A stretch of 64,000 bases of DNA, from positions 18,290,001 through 18,354,000 of the forward strand of contig OZ249450.1 in NCBI GenBank assembly GCA_965235115.1. The letters are read 5' to 3'. Within the stretch, counting starts at the first letter, position 1; each line of letters begins with the position of its first letter. The translations under genes and the position numbers were made by a program. The notes beneath the pieces were generated by a model. That model worked only from the letters and a program-made list of their open reading frames with translations. It was not told the origin of the DNA and did no database searches. The stretch comes from Laetmonice hystrix (Eukaryota). Positions 27,214-39,645 of this stretch are shown piece by piece.

Positions 27214-29529
27214 GTAAGTCTAGGGTGGTCAGCCAGTTGATTCTGAACCACGTGACCCCCCCCCCCTCCTGGCCACCATAGTAAGCCTCCCTCCATCCTA
27301 TCCTATACGACCAGTCCATGTTTCTATACCTAATAACCCCCAACCTCCCACATCTATCCACCACCCAACCATTTTTAGCACCCTTTGATCCATCTAGATA
27401 TTCCTATCATCTAGGAGCACATAAAAAATGATGGGGGAAAATCCCATCTCATAAAATCGTAAGCTTTGCTGTTGATGATGAATGTTTCATGCATGTAGAA
27501 AGAGACTCGACTGATACCCAGCTTGCCTGTGGTCATTTCCGCTTTGGCTGCCGCAACAAATGGGCCGGGCCCGCCGTGTGGGCTTATGAATATTAAGGGT
27601 AATTTTCGCCAAGTGAGAGGATGGTTTGGGGGAGGGGTGGGGGTAGTAGCAGAGAGAAAACATCCCCTCCTCCCGCCCTCCTAGCCTGACATACTGTTTG
27701 TGTCGAAGCTAGGTTTCTGGTTGTATAACCAATGGCCTGGGTGCCGTTATCTATACCAATTATGGCCGGGCAAGCTCTCAGAAGCCCGTGTGATATGTCA
27801 GAAGTGGAGCGATCTGGTTTTTGTTAGACACGTATACAACTGAATTAGTACCTGATCCCAGTCGTGTGTGGCAAGATCTCACAGCAGTTCGAAATAAACA
27901 AATAAAAAAGCTAACTCACTCGTTCAGTTCGGCCCTGTAGGAGGTGTAGACAAGGTTTGCGTGATTGCGAACCTATGTCAGACTCATATCTTCATTGTGG
28001 TACTCACATATTTTTCCCGGCCTCATGCGTCGTTTGTATCAAGTATAGCAAACAATCTGTTCCCTTTCATCAAAGGGGGTGTATAACTTTGATATCCCTA
28101 GAGGCTGATAATGGAGTAGACTACAAGAGCATGGGACAAACGCTGGAGTCATGTGTTTGTTAGGGGGCTTTGACTGTGCACCTGCCTCCTATACGTCCAT
28201 GTGATATAACAGACGATTAGAACAGAGATGGAACCATTTGATTTTAGAGTCTACAACCATGGCTTAACTGATAATTTCCCCCGCTGTAGCAGACCTGCCT
28301 TCCTCAAGATCTTTGTTCTAATAGACACAACAGGCAAGATAACAACTGTAGCGAACTATGAGGATTTACAATCCCTCACATTATATTTCCTTCCATATTC
28401 GTGTCACAGAATCCACATTCCCATGCATCTAGATTCATGACGAAATGCTGCGCCCATTTCATCTCATCATCTGCGCTCGTGCACAGATAATCCCTTTATC
28501 CCCTTTGATGCTAACTGGTCTGTGTGATGTTTGTGCCCGGCAATGTGGCAGCACCCAGACATTGCCCAGATTGATCAAACACGGATCTATACACCACCGA
28601 GTCCCCTGGTCCTGTCCCACACTGATGAGGGGATTAACCGGTTGCTATGGCCACAGACAGAAGATGAGAGTCATCCACCCCACCCCCCTCCCCGGCTGCT
28701 TTGATCTTTCCTAATGACAGACCTCAGCGGGGAAAACTTCACAGATATTTGACGACACCAAAGGAGCAGTCGGTACTCTATACGGACCCTGACGCCTGAG
28801 AAACCCCCAACACACCGTGCGTTTTATTAACGCTAGATTGGAGGACTCTTTGGGGGAGGGAACAGACTCGAAGGCGTCTTTGCTTTGGGGATCCGAATTC
28901 TGAAGGCCCTTAGAAACAGCCCCTTCCAATTCAACATCACGAGCCGGTGTCTAACCTTCTTGTAAGAAGAACTCGTTTGTGACCGTGATCTCTTAACGGG
29001 TGAAAAACTTCAAACTGATCACATCCTTGCAAATAGTGCAAGTCATTACACGATCATACGCGTAGAAATACATAGTAAATCACTGTGGGGCACTCCAGTC
29101 CATGCACCTCTTCCCGGGCATGGAAGTAACTCCAAGTTGGCGGACAATTTGTAACCCCCCCCCCCCCCATCACCACCACCACCACCGCCACCACCCTGGC
29201 CACCCCAAATACACCAACGCTTCCAAATAGAATTTGACGCCCGCGACTCAAACTTGGCTTGAAGTATAGCAAGAAAACCATTTCCATATCTGATGGAAAA
29301 TCGTCACACAACGGAAGGCCCAAATTGGCGGCAAATATTCCAAATTATCCAAACCCATCTCCTGTTTTATGTCAAACCTGCCAACGTCCTGTCTGTTTAA
29401 TAACCATGGCGCCAAACCTAGCGTCTTGCCATCATACGCCATTCACCTTCCCTTGGACAAAGCGTCATTATCATTGGAGTCTAAGTTTCCGCATCTTTTT
29501 GCAAAATGTTCCACCTGCTGTCACTCCAG

Positions 29530-29608
29530 GGCCCAGTTCGTAAAAACAGTAAAACCTTAAGATCTTGCTTAAGCTTAAACAAGATCTTACGTTTTTACGA
29601 ACTGGGCC
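29530..29608. mobile_element. 79-bp PIF/Harbinger-type MITE
   Basis: Perfect 18-bp TIR GGCCCAGTTCGTAAAAAC / GTTTTTACGAACTGGGCC, flanked by CAG on both sides (29527-29529 and 29609-29611); inner taagatcttg/caagatctta inverted pair. Confidence 0.8.
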
Positions 29609-31327
29609 CAGGAGGCAATACTTTTCGCAACCTATCTCTTTAACTTTTGTAAAACTGATGAAAACCAGGACAACCATAGATGCTCCTCCTCTTCGTGGAT
29701 CCCCACTGAACATCAATTAAGCCTGCACTAAAGGCCATGCCCATAATGAACCGATCCTCATTAAAACTAGGCAACATCTGCTTCCAACAAAACAGGGACT
29801 GCCCGGCTGGTAAATATCAACTTGAACTCCCAGGAAATGACCTGACATTTCAACCATGGTATTTTCCTACTCGATTCTTCATAAATTTTCCTGTTTACCA
29901 TCAGACCATTGTAAAATGTTTTCATTGGTCATCTGCATCGTGAGGTACGGGGGCGGGTCTAGAACCGGTGATCCACTATTCTGATTCAAACAAGGACATT
30001 GCTTCTGTAAAATGTCAACTAATGAGACAGCATGATTCGCTCCTATTTATAAATGTAAGTCAATGATGATACGACCTAAATCATCATGGTGTCAGAAGTC
30101 CACAACTACGGCGACATTTTCATACAGAGCCGACCACAGTGATGGGACACAGCATACTGGGACTTAGACAGATAGATATATATAAGGCAGAGACTCCACC
30201 CACTCCCGCCCTTTGCTCATTGACCCCTGCTGGCATGGCGGGCGGCCAGATTAGCCACTAGGGAAATTCAACGTGACATGACGTGTTGTCTCCTGTGTTC
30301 TGGGCGCGCGCCGACATGGTCCGAGTTGTCAAAGGTAATCTTGATAACACTCCCTCGACCACACATCACCCACGCCTGACTCCGAGCACAGTCTTGGAAT
30401 CCCACGGGCGGGGTAGGGCGGGGCTGGCGGTCAGGCCTGGCAGCTTCCCAACCTGGGGACTGACATGACCAACGTGGTTCACTGACACACGCCGCCGGGG
30501 CTGGGCAGGCTTTCAATCAATGCTGACAACCCGTCAGGTATCAGACGGTCACGACTGCTTCAAGGCAACTTCTGCTGGTGGCGGTGGGATGGGGGGGGGG
30601 GTATATAAAAATAAAATACATTTCAGATAATAAAGAAAATTCTCATAATACACATTACTTTATTGTCAAAAACATGAAACCGTCCGAAAACGGCAAGATT
30701 TTTTTTCTCCTCCTTTTTTTTATTCATTTAGCGCAGAACATGGCAGATTAATAAAATTCCATATTTGCACGGATAACAACCTTCCCAGCGATTCCCATTT
30801 TCCCTAAATTATCAGCATATCTGTGTCATTTCCCCGCCTTGGATCACAAACGCCTGACAAACTCATAATATGCTCCAATTTGAGTTGCAGCTATGTAGGT
30901 CGATACGAACTGACTCGTTATCTGCGCCCAGTCCGCAGACAATTTGACCAGAGATAGGATGGACTGCGGCCTGTGGAAACAACTCTTGTAATGAGCTCAT
31001 TGGTCCACTGACTGTCCCATCACTGATGAAGCCAATTGGTGATGCTCAAAATGAACAGTCAATCCTAATGACACCTCCGTGTCCGTATTGTTTCCCAGAC
31101 TAGTTCGGGAAATTCCCGGTTTACGTAGAACAATACAGATGTAGTGGATGTGTGTTAGCTGGGACGTCGGGTAGATTTGTACTTCACTTCACTGGACAGT
31201 ATTAGCCGGCTAGATTTACTCGGAAACTTGGGCCCGTAACTACATGAAGCCAATGGATAGGGACAGTGGAAGAGGGGGGTACGCTTCACACACCGCCAGA
31301 AACACATCGGGTTGGTCGGTCTGTACA

Positions 31328-31345
31328 GGAAACCGGAGTACCCGG
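31328..31345 (-). mobile_element. SINE core fragment, opposite orientation to 26978
   Basis: ggaaaccggagtacccgg is the reverse complement of the same SINE core motif. Confidence 0.45.
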
Positions 31346-31777
31346 TGACAACAAGCGAATTTACAGATAGACTGGGATATTTTTAGGCAAAAGTCTCTCT
31401 GGAGCCGCCAAGGGGCATTTTTTAGTACAATAGGGTAAAGGCCGGTTCTAGGGTAATCTCAGGATGCTGAATTCGAAAAATGCTGTTACCAAGCCGAAAT
31501 CTCAACGGTTACCTAGCAACAGCCATAATTCAAAATGGCCCCTGTCCAAGCATACTGCCAGTGCTATACTATACAGTTTGAACAAGTCCCGTAAAGTTTC
31601 TAACTGCCGTTACCTGTACCAAATGGACATGTTCCATCGATAGGTGACCCGACAGAATATTTAGGCATACATCTTTCATTCAGGAGTACATCTCTTCATA
31701 TGTGCCAAGCAAGCCAACGGACTGTGACAACGAGCACAGCACGTCTGTGTTTTGGTGTTGACCTAGAACACCAAAAA

Positions 31778-31874
31778 CAACATCAGCAGCAGCAGCAACA
31801 GCATCGCCAGCAGCATCAGCAGCAGCAGCAGCATCGCCAGCAGCATCAGCATCAGCAGCAGCAGCAACATCGCT

Positions 31875-31912
<38 letters not shown>

Positions 31913-31959
31913 CAGCAGCATCAGCATCGCCAGCAGCATCAGCAGCAGCATCAGCATGG

Positions 31960-31993
<34 letters not shown>

Positions 31994-32080
31994 GACCAGC
32001 AGCAGCAGCAGCATGGCCAGCAGCAGCAACAGCATCGCCAGCAGCATCAGCAGCAGCAGCAGCATGGCCAGCAGCAGCAA
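31778..32080 (+). repeat. Imperfect (CAG)n opa-like repeat, ~300 bp
   Basis: CAG runs punctuated by CAT, CAA, CGC, GGC and GAC; the Gln frame contains a TAG. Explains the poly-Ala/Leu/Ser ORFs. Confidence 0.95.
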
Positions 32081-32144
32081 TGTGGTGACGACACGGCTGA
32101 CTGTTCCGGCCGTGTTCCCGCCCCATCACCTTACAGCAGGACAC

Positions 32145-32290
32145 GAGAGAGACAGAGCGAGAGCGACAGAGAGCGAGACAGACAAAGACAGACACAAAGG
32201 AAATGAGACAGACGCAGTGAGAGGCACACAGAGACATAGAAAGAATCAGAGAGATAGAGAGAGCCACACACAGAGGCACACAGAGACTGA
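32145..32290 (+). repeat. GA/CA-rich low-complexity tract
   Basis: gagagagacagagcgagagcgacagagag... Confidence 0.85.
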
Positions 32291-32644
32291 GCTGATTGAA
32301 CAGTGAGAACCTCGTGTGGTTCCTATATAAAAGCTTCCCGTGCCCCATCATACAGAGCCCAGCAGTATAAAAGGCCAGCCACCCGATCTGGCCCGTTGCC
32401 TTCCCCCGCTCACCGTGTACACCCAGCCACACGTATACATACACCCACCCCCTGGTCATACCTGTGCCATGTTACCTGGCCACGTGAAGACAGCCGGCCC
32501 ACCTGTGCATCGACCAAACCACCACCCATCACGCAGGGGCAGAGATTTTTTACCCCCTACAACCCGACCTCTAACTCCCCTCTCCTGCCTCTGTCAATGT
32601 CTTCTAATACCGATCTAAGTACATGGCGCACGGCAGCAAGTCAC

Positions 32645-32867
32645 GACACTACACCAATACTGTACAGACACTACACCAATACTGTACAGACACTACACCA
32701 ATACTGTACAGACACTACACCAATACTGTACAGACACTACACCAATACTGTACAGACACTACACCAATACTGTACAGACACTACACCAATACTGTACAGA
32801 CACTACACCAATACTGTACAGACACTACACCAATACTGTACAGACACTACACCAATACTGTACAGAC
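32645..32867 (+). repeat. 22-bp minisatellite x10 (gacactacaccaatactgtaca)
   Basis: Ten apparently identical copies; generates the repetitive ORFs 32303..32938 and 32623..32871. Confidence 0.97.
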
Positions 32868-33448
32868 CTGACAATACTCTGCCTTATTATAACAATAGGT
32901 ATATAATAAAAATAGGTATTTCAACGGTCACTCTCTGAAACTTGAGACACAAGGTCATAGACGCTCTTCTATACCGCATGGATTTCTACACAGACGTTAT
33001 TGTGACACCGGCAACATTTCCAATATATGAATTTAGTCACCATGTGGCAGTTATACGAGCGAATTATGAGTGCGATTATCAAGCGTCATTGTTGAGTGGA
33101 CACGGGCAAGTCCCAACGACGACCACCACCCCAGAAGTGGTGGCAACCTCTAATTGGGATCGCTCGTGTCGGTATTGGTAGACAGCAACTCGGCTCACCG
33201 TCGACTTCGGCTTGCTCCTCCATTGTCTGTGGGCGGGGGTCGGTCAGCCCCTGTCTGTGTGTGTGGACAGTGTGCCCCTACACAAGACAACGGCCACCCC
33301 TCATGTCTCTATGCAGGTTATATACGTCGTGGGCCGTGGGATTTGTTGATTTGCTTTTGGGAAGTAAACGATGCAAATTAAACTAAGAAACATAACAGAA
33401 TTGTCTTTATTTCAGCTATGGATGAAACATGTAACCTATTCTCTGGCA

Positions 33449-33640
33449 GTGCCTCGATTAGATCACGTTGTAAATGAAATAAGGTCTTGAATACGGCGAA
33501 CCGGAAGGAGAAAGCTGAATAGGTATAGTATCCGGTTTCCAAGGTCATTATTGCCGACTTTGAAATGTACATTCACTGCGCCAACAACGGTGCCTCGATT
33601 AGATCAAGTTGTAAATGAAATAAGGTCTTGACTGCGCCAA
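33449..33640 (+). repeat. 42-bp interspersed direct repeat with a 10-bp flanking duplication
   Basis: gtgcctcgattagatca(c/a)gttgtaaatgaaataaggtcttga at 33449 and 33590; actgcgccaa at 33575 and 33631. Confidence 0.9.
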
Positions 33641-33944
33641 GAGCAGGCACACACACCCCAAATCAATCAACAGACAATTCGTTATACAACTCGGAGAAGC
33701 CATCACAGTAAAGCCAAGGATCAAATCTCTAGGCAGCGCATAACTTGGGGAGAAGAGGGGGTTTTAGTAAACGCTTTATGTACCAACTCCAGGTTAGGGT
33801 GGCTGGATTGGTATCTGTAAAACAATTAAGCACCACTGTCTTGACAACCATTGTAATTTGTAGACTGGCGCTCAAGTCTGACACCTTCCCGCAAGGTCCC
33901 GGATTACTGGCTGGCGGGGCGACCTCTCAGATCTCCCGACGGCA

Positions 33945-33962
33945 CACCGCCAGGTGGCGCTG
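33945..33962 (+). promoter_or_regulatory. CTCF consensus motif CACCGCCAGGTGGCGCTG
   Basis: Exact match to the CCGCCAGGTGGCGC core. Confidence 0.55.
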
Positions 33963-34180
33963 TCGTCACCTCCACGGGAGGATTCCGTCAGGGACTTGAA
34001 GGCCGGGCCTATTAACAATATAGTGGTGGGGATTAGGGTGTCTCCAGCTCGCCGCCACTGCCACCAGTACCCACTATATATGTACAGGCCGTATTCTGCT
34101 CGGGTTTATCATGGAGAGTTTCCAACACAACCGTGGAGAACATGTGCGTTTCTATGTCTTGGTGGTACACACATTCTTAA

Positions 34181-34531
34181 AGGGAATCAATTACATCAAA
34201 TTTTCCAGAGATAACCTGTCCTATTTGCACAGAAATATATCATATTACAACGATCTACTTTATTATGTGTCGATTTACTTCTAACAATAGCAAAACTGGA
34301 CGAGCAAACGTGCCATTTTTCGCCTGCACGGTGAAAAATGCGATCGCGTTTTACCCCAGCTTGTTGACATACTGCCGAAACCGAAACCAAGCATGGCCCC
34401 AATGTACTGACCCCGGTTTTTACGACACGCTACAAGGCGATATCTAGTCTGAGATGAGTTTTGCAATTATGCAGGTAGCTATATCGGAAAATAGACGGAA
34501 TTTTTCTAACATAAGATGTAATTCGTTCCCT
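34181..34531. mobile_element. 351-bp Kolobok-type non-autonomous DNA transposon
   Basis: TIRs AGGGAATCAATTACATC / AGGGAACGAATTACATC (15/17) with TTAA on both sides (34177-34180 and 34532-34535); 5'-RR termini and TTAA TSD are Kolobok hallmarks. Confidence 0.75.
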
Positions 34532-36235
34532 TTAATCATATCAAGCATTGTTTGACACACACTGTAGTTCTAATACAAAACATTAAAATTAATGTAGTCA
34601 ACAGTCTAACCCCCAGATATTTGTATGATCCATACAGCGGCCATTGATACGTTTCTTTGCCTCCATAGTAGATTTTTTGTCTACTAATAAAGTCAAACTG
34701 GGCTGAGTGCCGCCATGGCACTGGTCAATGTAATCAACTCGATTACAGCACGTTACACACGCAAGACCAGGCTCGGATCCATTACCACGCCTTGTATAAC
34801 TCATTATATACAGACATCAATAGGTTCATCTTCTCGGCCTCTTAGAATATAACCCATGCAGCTTGTATACAATGAAAGGTTTTATAAACGTTCTGGAAAC
34901 GACAATGAAACGTTTTCTGACGTTTTCTGTTAGCTGAGAGCCTGGTAAAGCTGGAGATCGCACGGATGGAAACACGGAGGGATGGATGTACGATGGGACA
35001 TACACACGTTGGGATGGAGAGGGATGGGGAGGGGAGTGATTGCCACCGATAACTGATCGAGTGTGGGCATTAAGTCACCTGTGGGCGACCCTCCCTACGG
35101 CTGTACGGCCAGGCCTGACCGACCGGGTCGGATCGCGTCGGGTCGCGTCGGGTTGGGCGACATGCAAACATCGCATTACTCTGCAACTATTCAACCTCAC
35201 GAGGTCGGCAGAACACAAAACCAAACATCATGGTCATTTCATCCTTGAGGTAGGCGCGGCATCAACTATATTCCTACGTATTTCTCTCCAAGGAGGCGGT
35301 TTCATTAAGCCCCGTCTCTACACAAAATTCTATATCAGAAGGGGGAGGCTCAAACAAGGGGCCCACAAATAAGAGAGGACACAATATCTTTATCTCTTTT
35401 TACATAGAGCAAATCATACTTTTTACTGCCATACGTGTTTTTCCTTAAGAACTATAAGGGGCGTGTCCTCTCACTATATAACTAATAAGGCAGCTATCCT
35501 AAGTTTGCTAAGTGATTCCCCGCCCCTCGTACCAAAGAGCTCCTAGAAACTCTAAATGGTATGGCAGGTAGATCAACTCGAGACGTTCTCGGCGCACCTT
35601 TAAGGAGACAGACTTAGTCCTACTTAAAGGTTCCGAAATGCCTGGAGTAGATTACTCTGGTGCCTGGACGTTAGCGGTGAGCTAGCTCTGCCCAGACTGT
35701 GCCGTCCTCATCTCTGGACATCACGCTACACTCTTCAAACTTAGAGTGGTCACACACACACTGTGCGGTCACACGGCCTGTGTGGTCACTCTGTTCAGTG
35801 AGAGACCTGACTGGTATAACTCAATGTTGTCACTGAGTGGTCACACACATCACAATTCGATGTGGTCACTTGGCCACTCTAGCCAGTTTGACCGCATACA
35901 GACTGGTTACCGAAAACACCAGGCGGTTGCTCAGACCAAGGAGTCGTTGCTCAGACCCAGTTGTCCTGCTCAGACCCCTCAGTGGTCAGTGACAGCAGAA
36001 GGCAAGACTTTCTTCATTCTTACCCCAATGTATGGTTGGAATCAGCCAGGGATTATGTGGAAGCATACAAGAGAAACCCAACAGTACTTGAATCTCACCG
36101 ACTGGTTGCTGGAGTCGACTCCAGCCGCTTCCTGGGGTACAAACTCCTGACTCACTCCACGTGGGGGCGACCATTTATATACAGGGGGCCACGTCAGAGC
36201 GCTTTCAAACAACTCTGCGATAACAAAAAAAATAT

Positions 36236-37250
36236 TGTAACCCAAATTATAACGCCTTTCCTACCCTGGGTTCTCCTGGTTGTCCGTGTGTTCCTCCAGT
36301 TGCTGCAGCTCCTCCAGGCTGAGGTCGGCTGTACTGGAGGACAGGCCGGGGGTCTGGCCGGCCCTCACCGCAGGGTATCCACGCGTGGTGGGGTCCCGTA
36401 AAGTCCGGCCGGCCCGGGGGGCGGTCAGGGTCCGGCACGCCTCCTGGCGGTGAGAGTAAACCCCGTGTGTGTACAAGTTACCATGGGAACGGAAGGACGG
36501 ACGCGTACCTAATGACTGCGTGTCTACCTCTCAACAATCCCGGACTGTCAACGCCAAGGACTCCGTGCCTTTAACGTTCTCACGTCCTGCAAACCGACCT
36601 GCAGGCGTCACTGACTGGTTGCATACTGGTCGGGTATCCTCCTCCGACTCCAGTAGGGATGTGGCGTGGTTGGCTGGCCAGGGAACACTGTGGATGCTGG
36701 CGCACTGACTGACTGACTGAGGGAGAGAGCACTGCTACTGCGCTACTACAGCCTAACTGATGGCGAAGATGATGATGCGGGTCCCACCGCTGCCGCAGCC
36801 GGGCTCTGCCTAGACCACCACCACCACCCCCACCACCGCCGCCGCCACCACCACCGCCACCACTGCTGCTGCTGCTGCTCTCCCGAGGTGCATGCCAACA
36901 ACAGAACTCCAAACCCTCCACGACGACCAGAGACCGTCAGCCGGTCCACGTGGATCTCTCTTTCCGTCTGTGTGATGGTGTAAACACCGTGTAAACGGCC
37001 CCCCTCCCGCCATCAGGAGGTGCCTGGCGGAGAGGGGGGGGGGTCCTCCGTGTGCCCCCCCCCCAGCTGTTCACCTACCAGTCGGCCAGTGGTGTTCTGG
37101 CTAGCGTCACCAATGGGACAACAACCCAGCTCTGTGTCCCTACCCAACCGCTACGACCCCCGTGATAATAAACTGGAAAGTGGTATAAATCTATCACAGG
37201 TCCTAGCCCTGTAAGGAGGGTATAGTCACCGAGTCAGAAAAAATATAACA
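36236..37250 (+). mobile_element. Probable solo LTR, ~1015 bp
   Basis: Starts TGTAAC and ends TAACA; 5-bp flanks aatat/aattt (4/5 match); AATAAA at 37167-37172; GC-rich composition sharply bounded by AT-rich flanks; no gag/pol. Confidence 0.5.
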
Positions 37251-37445
37251 AATTTTTGCAAGTTTTGATTGCAAGTTTTACAAATGGGGGGTGGGGGGTT
37301 TGTATCCGACTCTTCTACCCATGGGCTTCAGACACCCCCCCCCCCCCAAAAAAAAGACCTTTCCCTACCCCCCTTCCATTTTGGTGGGTGTTACCATTGG
37401 GGATTACCTATCCCCGCCCTCTTCGACGTCTTCCGTGCCACTGAA

Positions 37446-38551
37446 CAACCAAGCCACCAGGAGCACTCACTCTGGGCTATATAACACAGACAGAAGGCTT
37501 CCACAACCAAGCCACCAGGAGCACTCACTCTGGGCTATATAACACAGACAGAAGGCTTCCACAACCAAGCCACCAGGAGCACTCCCTCTGGGCTATATAA
37601 CACAGACTGAAGGCTTCCACAACCAAGCCACCAGGAGCACTTCCTCTGGGCTATATAACACAGACAGAAGGCTTCCACAACCAAGCCACCAGGAACACTC
37701 ACTCTGGGCTATATAACACAGACAGAAGTCTTCCACAACCAAGCCACCAGGAGCACTCACTCTGGGCTATATAACACAGACAGGAGGCTTCCACAACCAA
37801 GCCACCAGGAGCACTCACTCTGGGCTATATAACACAGACAGAAGGCTTCCACAACCAAGCCACCAGGAGCACTCACCCTGGGCTATATAACACAGACAGA
37901 AGGCTTCCACAACCAAGCCACCAGGAGCACTCACTCTGGGCTATATAACACAGACAGAAGGCTTCCACAACCAAGCCACCAGGAGCACTCACTCTGGGCT
38001 ATATAACACAGACAGGAGGCTTGCACAACCAAGCCACCAGGAGCACTCACTCTGGGCTATATAACACAGACAGAAGGCTTCCACAACCAAGCCACCAGGA
38101 GCACTCACTCTGGGCTATATAACACAGACAGAAGGCTTCCACAACCAAGCCACCAGGAGCACTCACTCTGGGCTATATAACACAGACAGAAGGCTTCCAC
38201 AACCAAGCCACCAGGAACACTCACTCTGGGCTATATAACACAGACAGAAGGCTTCCACAACCAAGCCACCAGGAGCACTCACTCTGGGCTATATAACACA
38301 GACAGAAGGCTTTCACAACCAAGCCACCAGGAGCACTCACTCTGGGCTATATAACACAGACAGAAGGCTTCCACAACCAAGCCACCAGGAGCACTCACTC
38401 TGGGCTATATAACACAGACAGAAGGCTTCCACAACCAAGCCACCAGGAGCACTCACTCTGGGCTATATAACACAGACAGAAGGCTTTCACAACCAAGCCA
38501 CCAGGAGCACTCACTCTGGGCTATATAACACAGACAGAAGGCTTCCACAAC
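37446..38551 (+). repeat. 58-bp minisatellite x19
   Basis: Unit caaccaagccaccaggagcactcactctgggctatataacacagacagaaggcttcca; near-identical copies with no unique spacers. Confidence 0.98.
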
Positions 38552-39451
38552 TACTCATGAATTGCCGTCTCTAACGATCTAATTCTTGCTCCTTCCCCCT
38601 GGCACCCTCTCCCCCTTCCTGCACCCAAGACAAAATACATCCACTGAAGGCTGGACAGTTGGCTCGTTCCGTCTCCAGCACACGTCCAGTCTGCCAGACC
38701 TCATCCACATCACCTCCCCCTAACCCCCCCCCCCCCTTTCTAAGAATAAACTCCGCCTGCGCTCTTTTATCTTAGATTTTCTCGGTGGTAATTCGATGTA
38801 GCAGATGGGTTAAAGCAGTATTTCCTCCCGATACGAAGATCAGAGACGCTGGGACCAACTGGTTTACGATCATGGAATCAGTTCTTTTCCTCCTATTCGT
38901 ATATTTCTCTAAAGTGCATCCCCTTCAATACTCAACCTTCAATTTTACTAATTGCATTTGGTAATCACACTTCGTATGGTATCGTATCTCGCAAATATTA
39001 TTTTGCTAGTTGAAAGCGATCGTACAAAAGGTATTTGGTTATTTTGAGACTAAATATCGGCACTGTTAGAATCAATGTGATTGCGTATTAAAGGTTACCT
39101 GAAAGGTTCAGTTCTTCAAGCCTTGCAGGAAACGTGGAATCCTTTCTGAAAAAGACATCAAGAGCACCGTTAGACAGAAATCAATAAGATCAGCTTCGCT
39201 TTTTAAAACTTACAATCATTAGGTCACAAACGATTCCTTTCACTAAACATTGGGTTGTCAATGGCAACCGACACAAGTCAATTTGTGTTCTACTTGACGG
39301 CGAGTAGCGACATGTAGCGGTGGAGAAAAGATTGCCTTCAGGGGTTTGTTACGTTATTTAAGTGCACCAAGCCGTGACTGTAACCAATGATGTCATTTGG
39401 ACGAGCTACACGAGCCGGGTGGCATGGCGATCTGGCAGCAGACTTGAAGCG

Positions 39452-39593
39452 GCTGTCAATGGGTGGGGTTAATCAGGTCTGACCGAGGGTGAGACTTGGC
39501 ATGTTTCCTGGCAGGGTAACATGCTGTCAATGGGTGGGGTTAATCAGGTCTGACCGAGGGTGAGACTTGGTATGTTTCCTGGCAGGGTAACAT
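39452..39593 (+). repeat. 71-bp tandem duplication
   Basis: gctgtcaatgggtggggttaatcagg...ggcagggtaacat at 39452 and 39523. Confidence 0.93.
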
Positions 39594-39645
39594 GGGACAT
39601 GTGGTGGTCTGAGCGTCGTGGGCAACGGGGGGTGTTGATTACAGT

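Noticed and set aside
31680-32459. 259-aa poly-Ala ORF and the poly-Leu/Ser ORFs
   Set aside because: They are by-products of the CAG and GA microsatellites, which lack stops in these frames.
36261-36720. Minus-strand frame with a single in-frame TGA after Cys and SELENON-like words (GRTLR, NQEN)
   Set aside because: Spacing and intervening residues do not match SELENON, no SECIS was seen, and it lies within the putative solo LTR.
37446-38551. CRISPR-like array (also considered for the 22-, 40-, 42- and 54-bp arrays)
   Set aside because: Units are contiguous with no unique spacers, there are no cas genes, and the context is eukaryotic.
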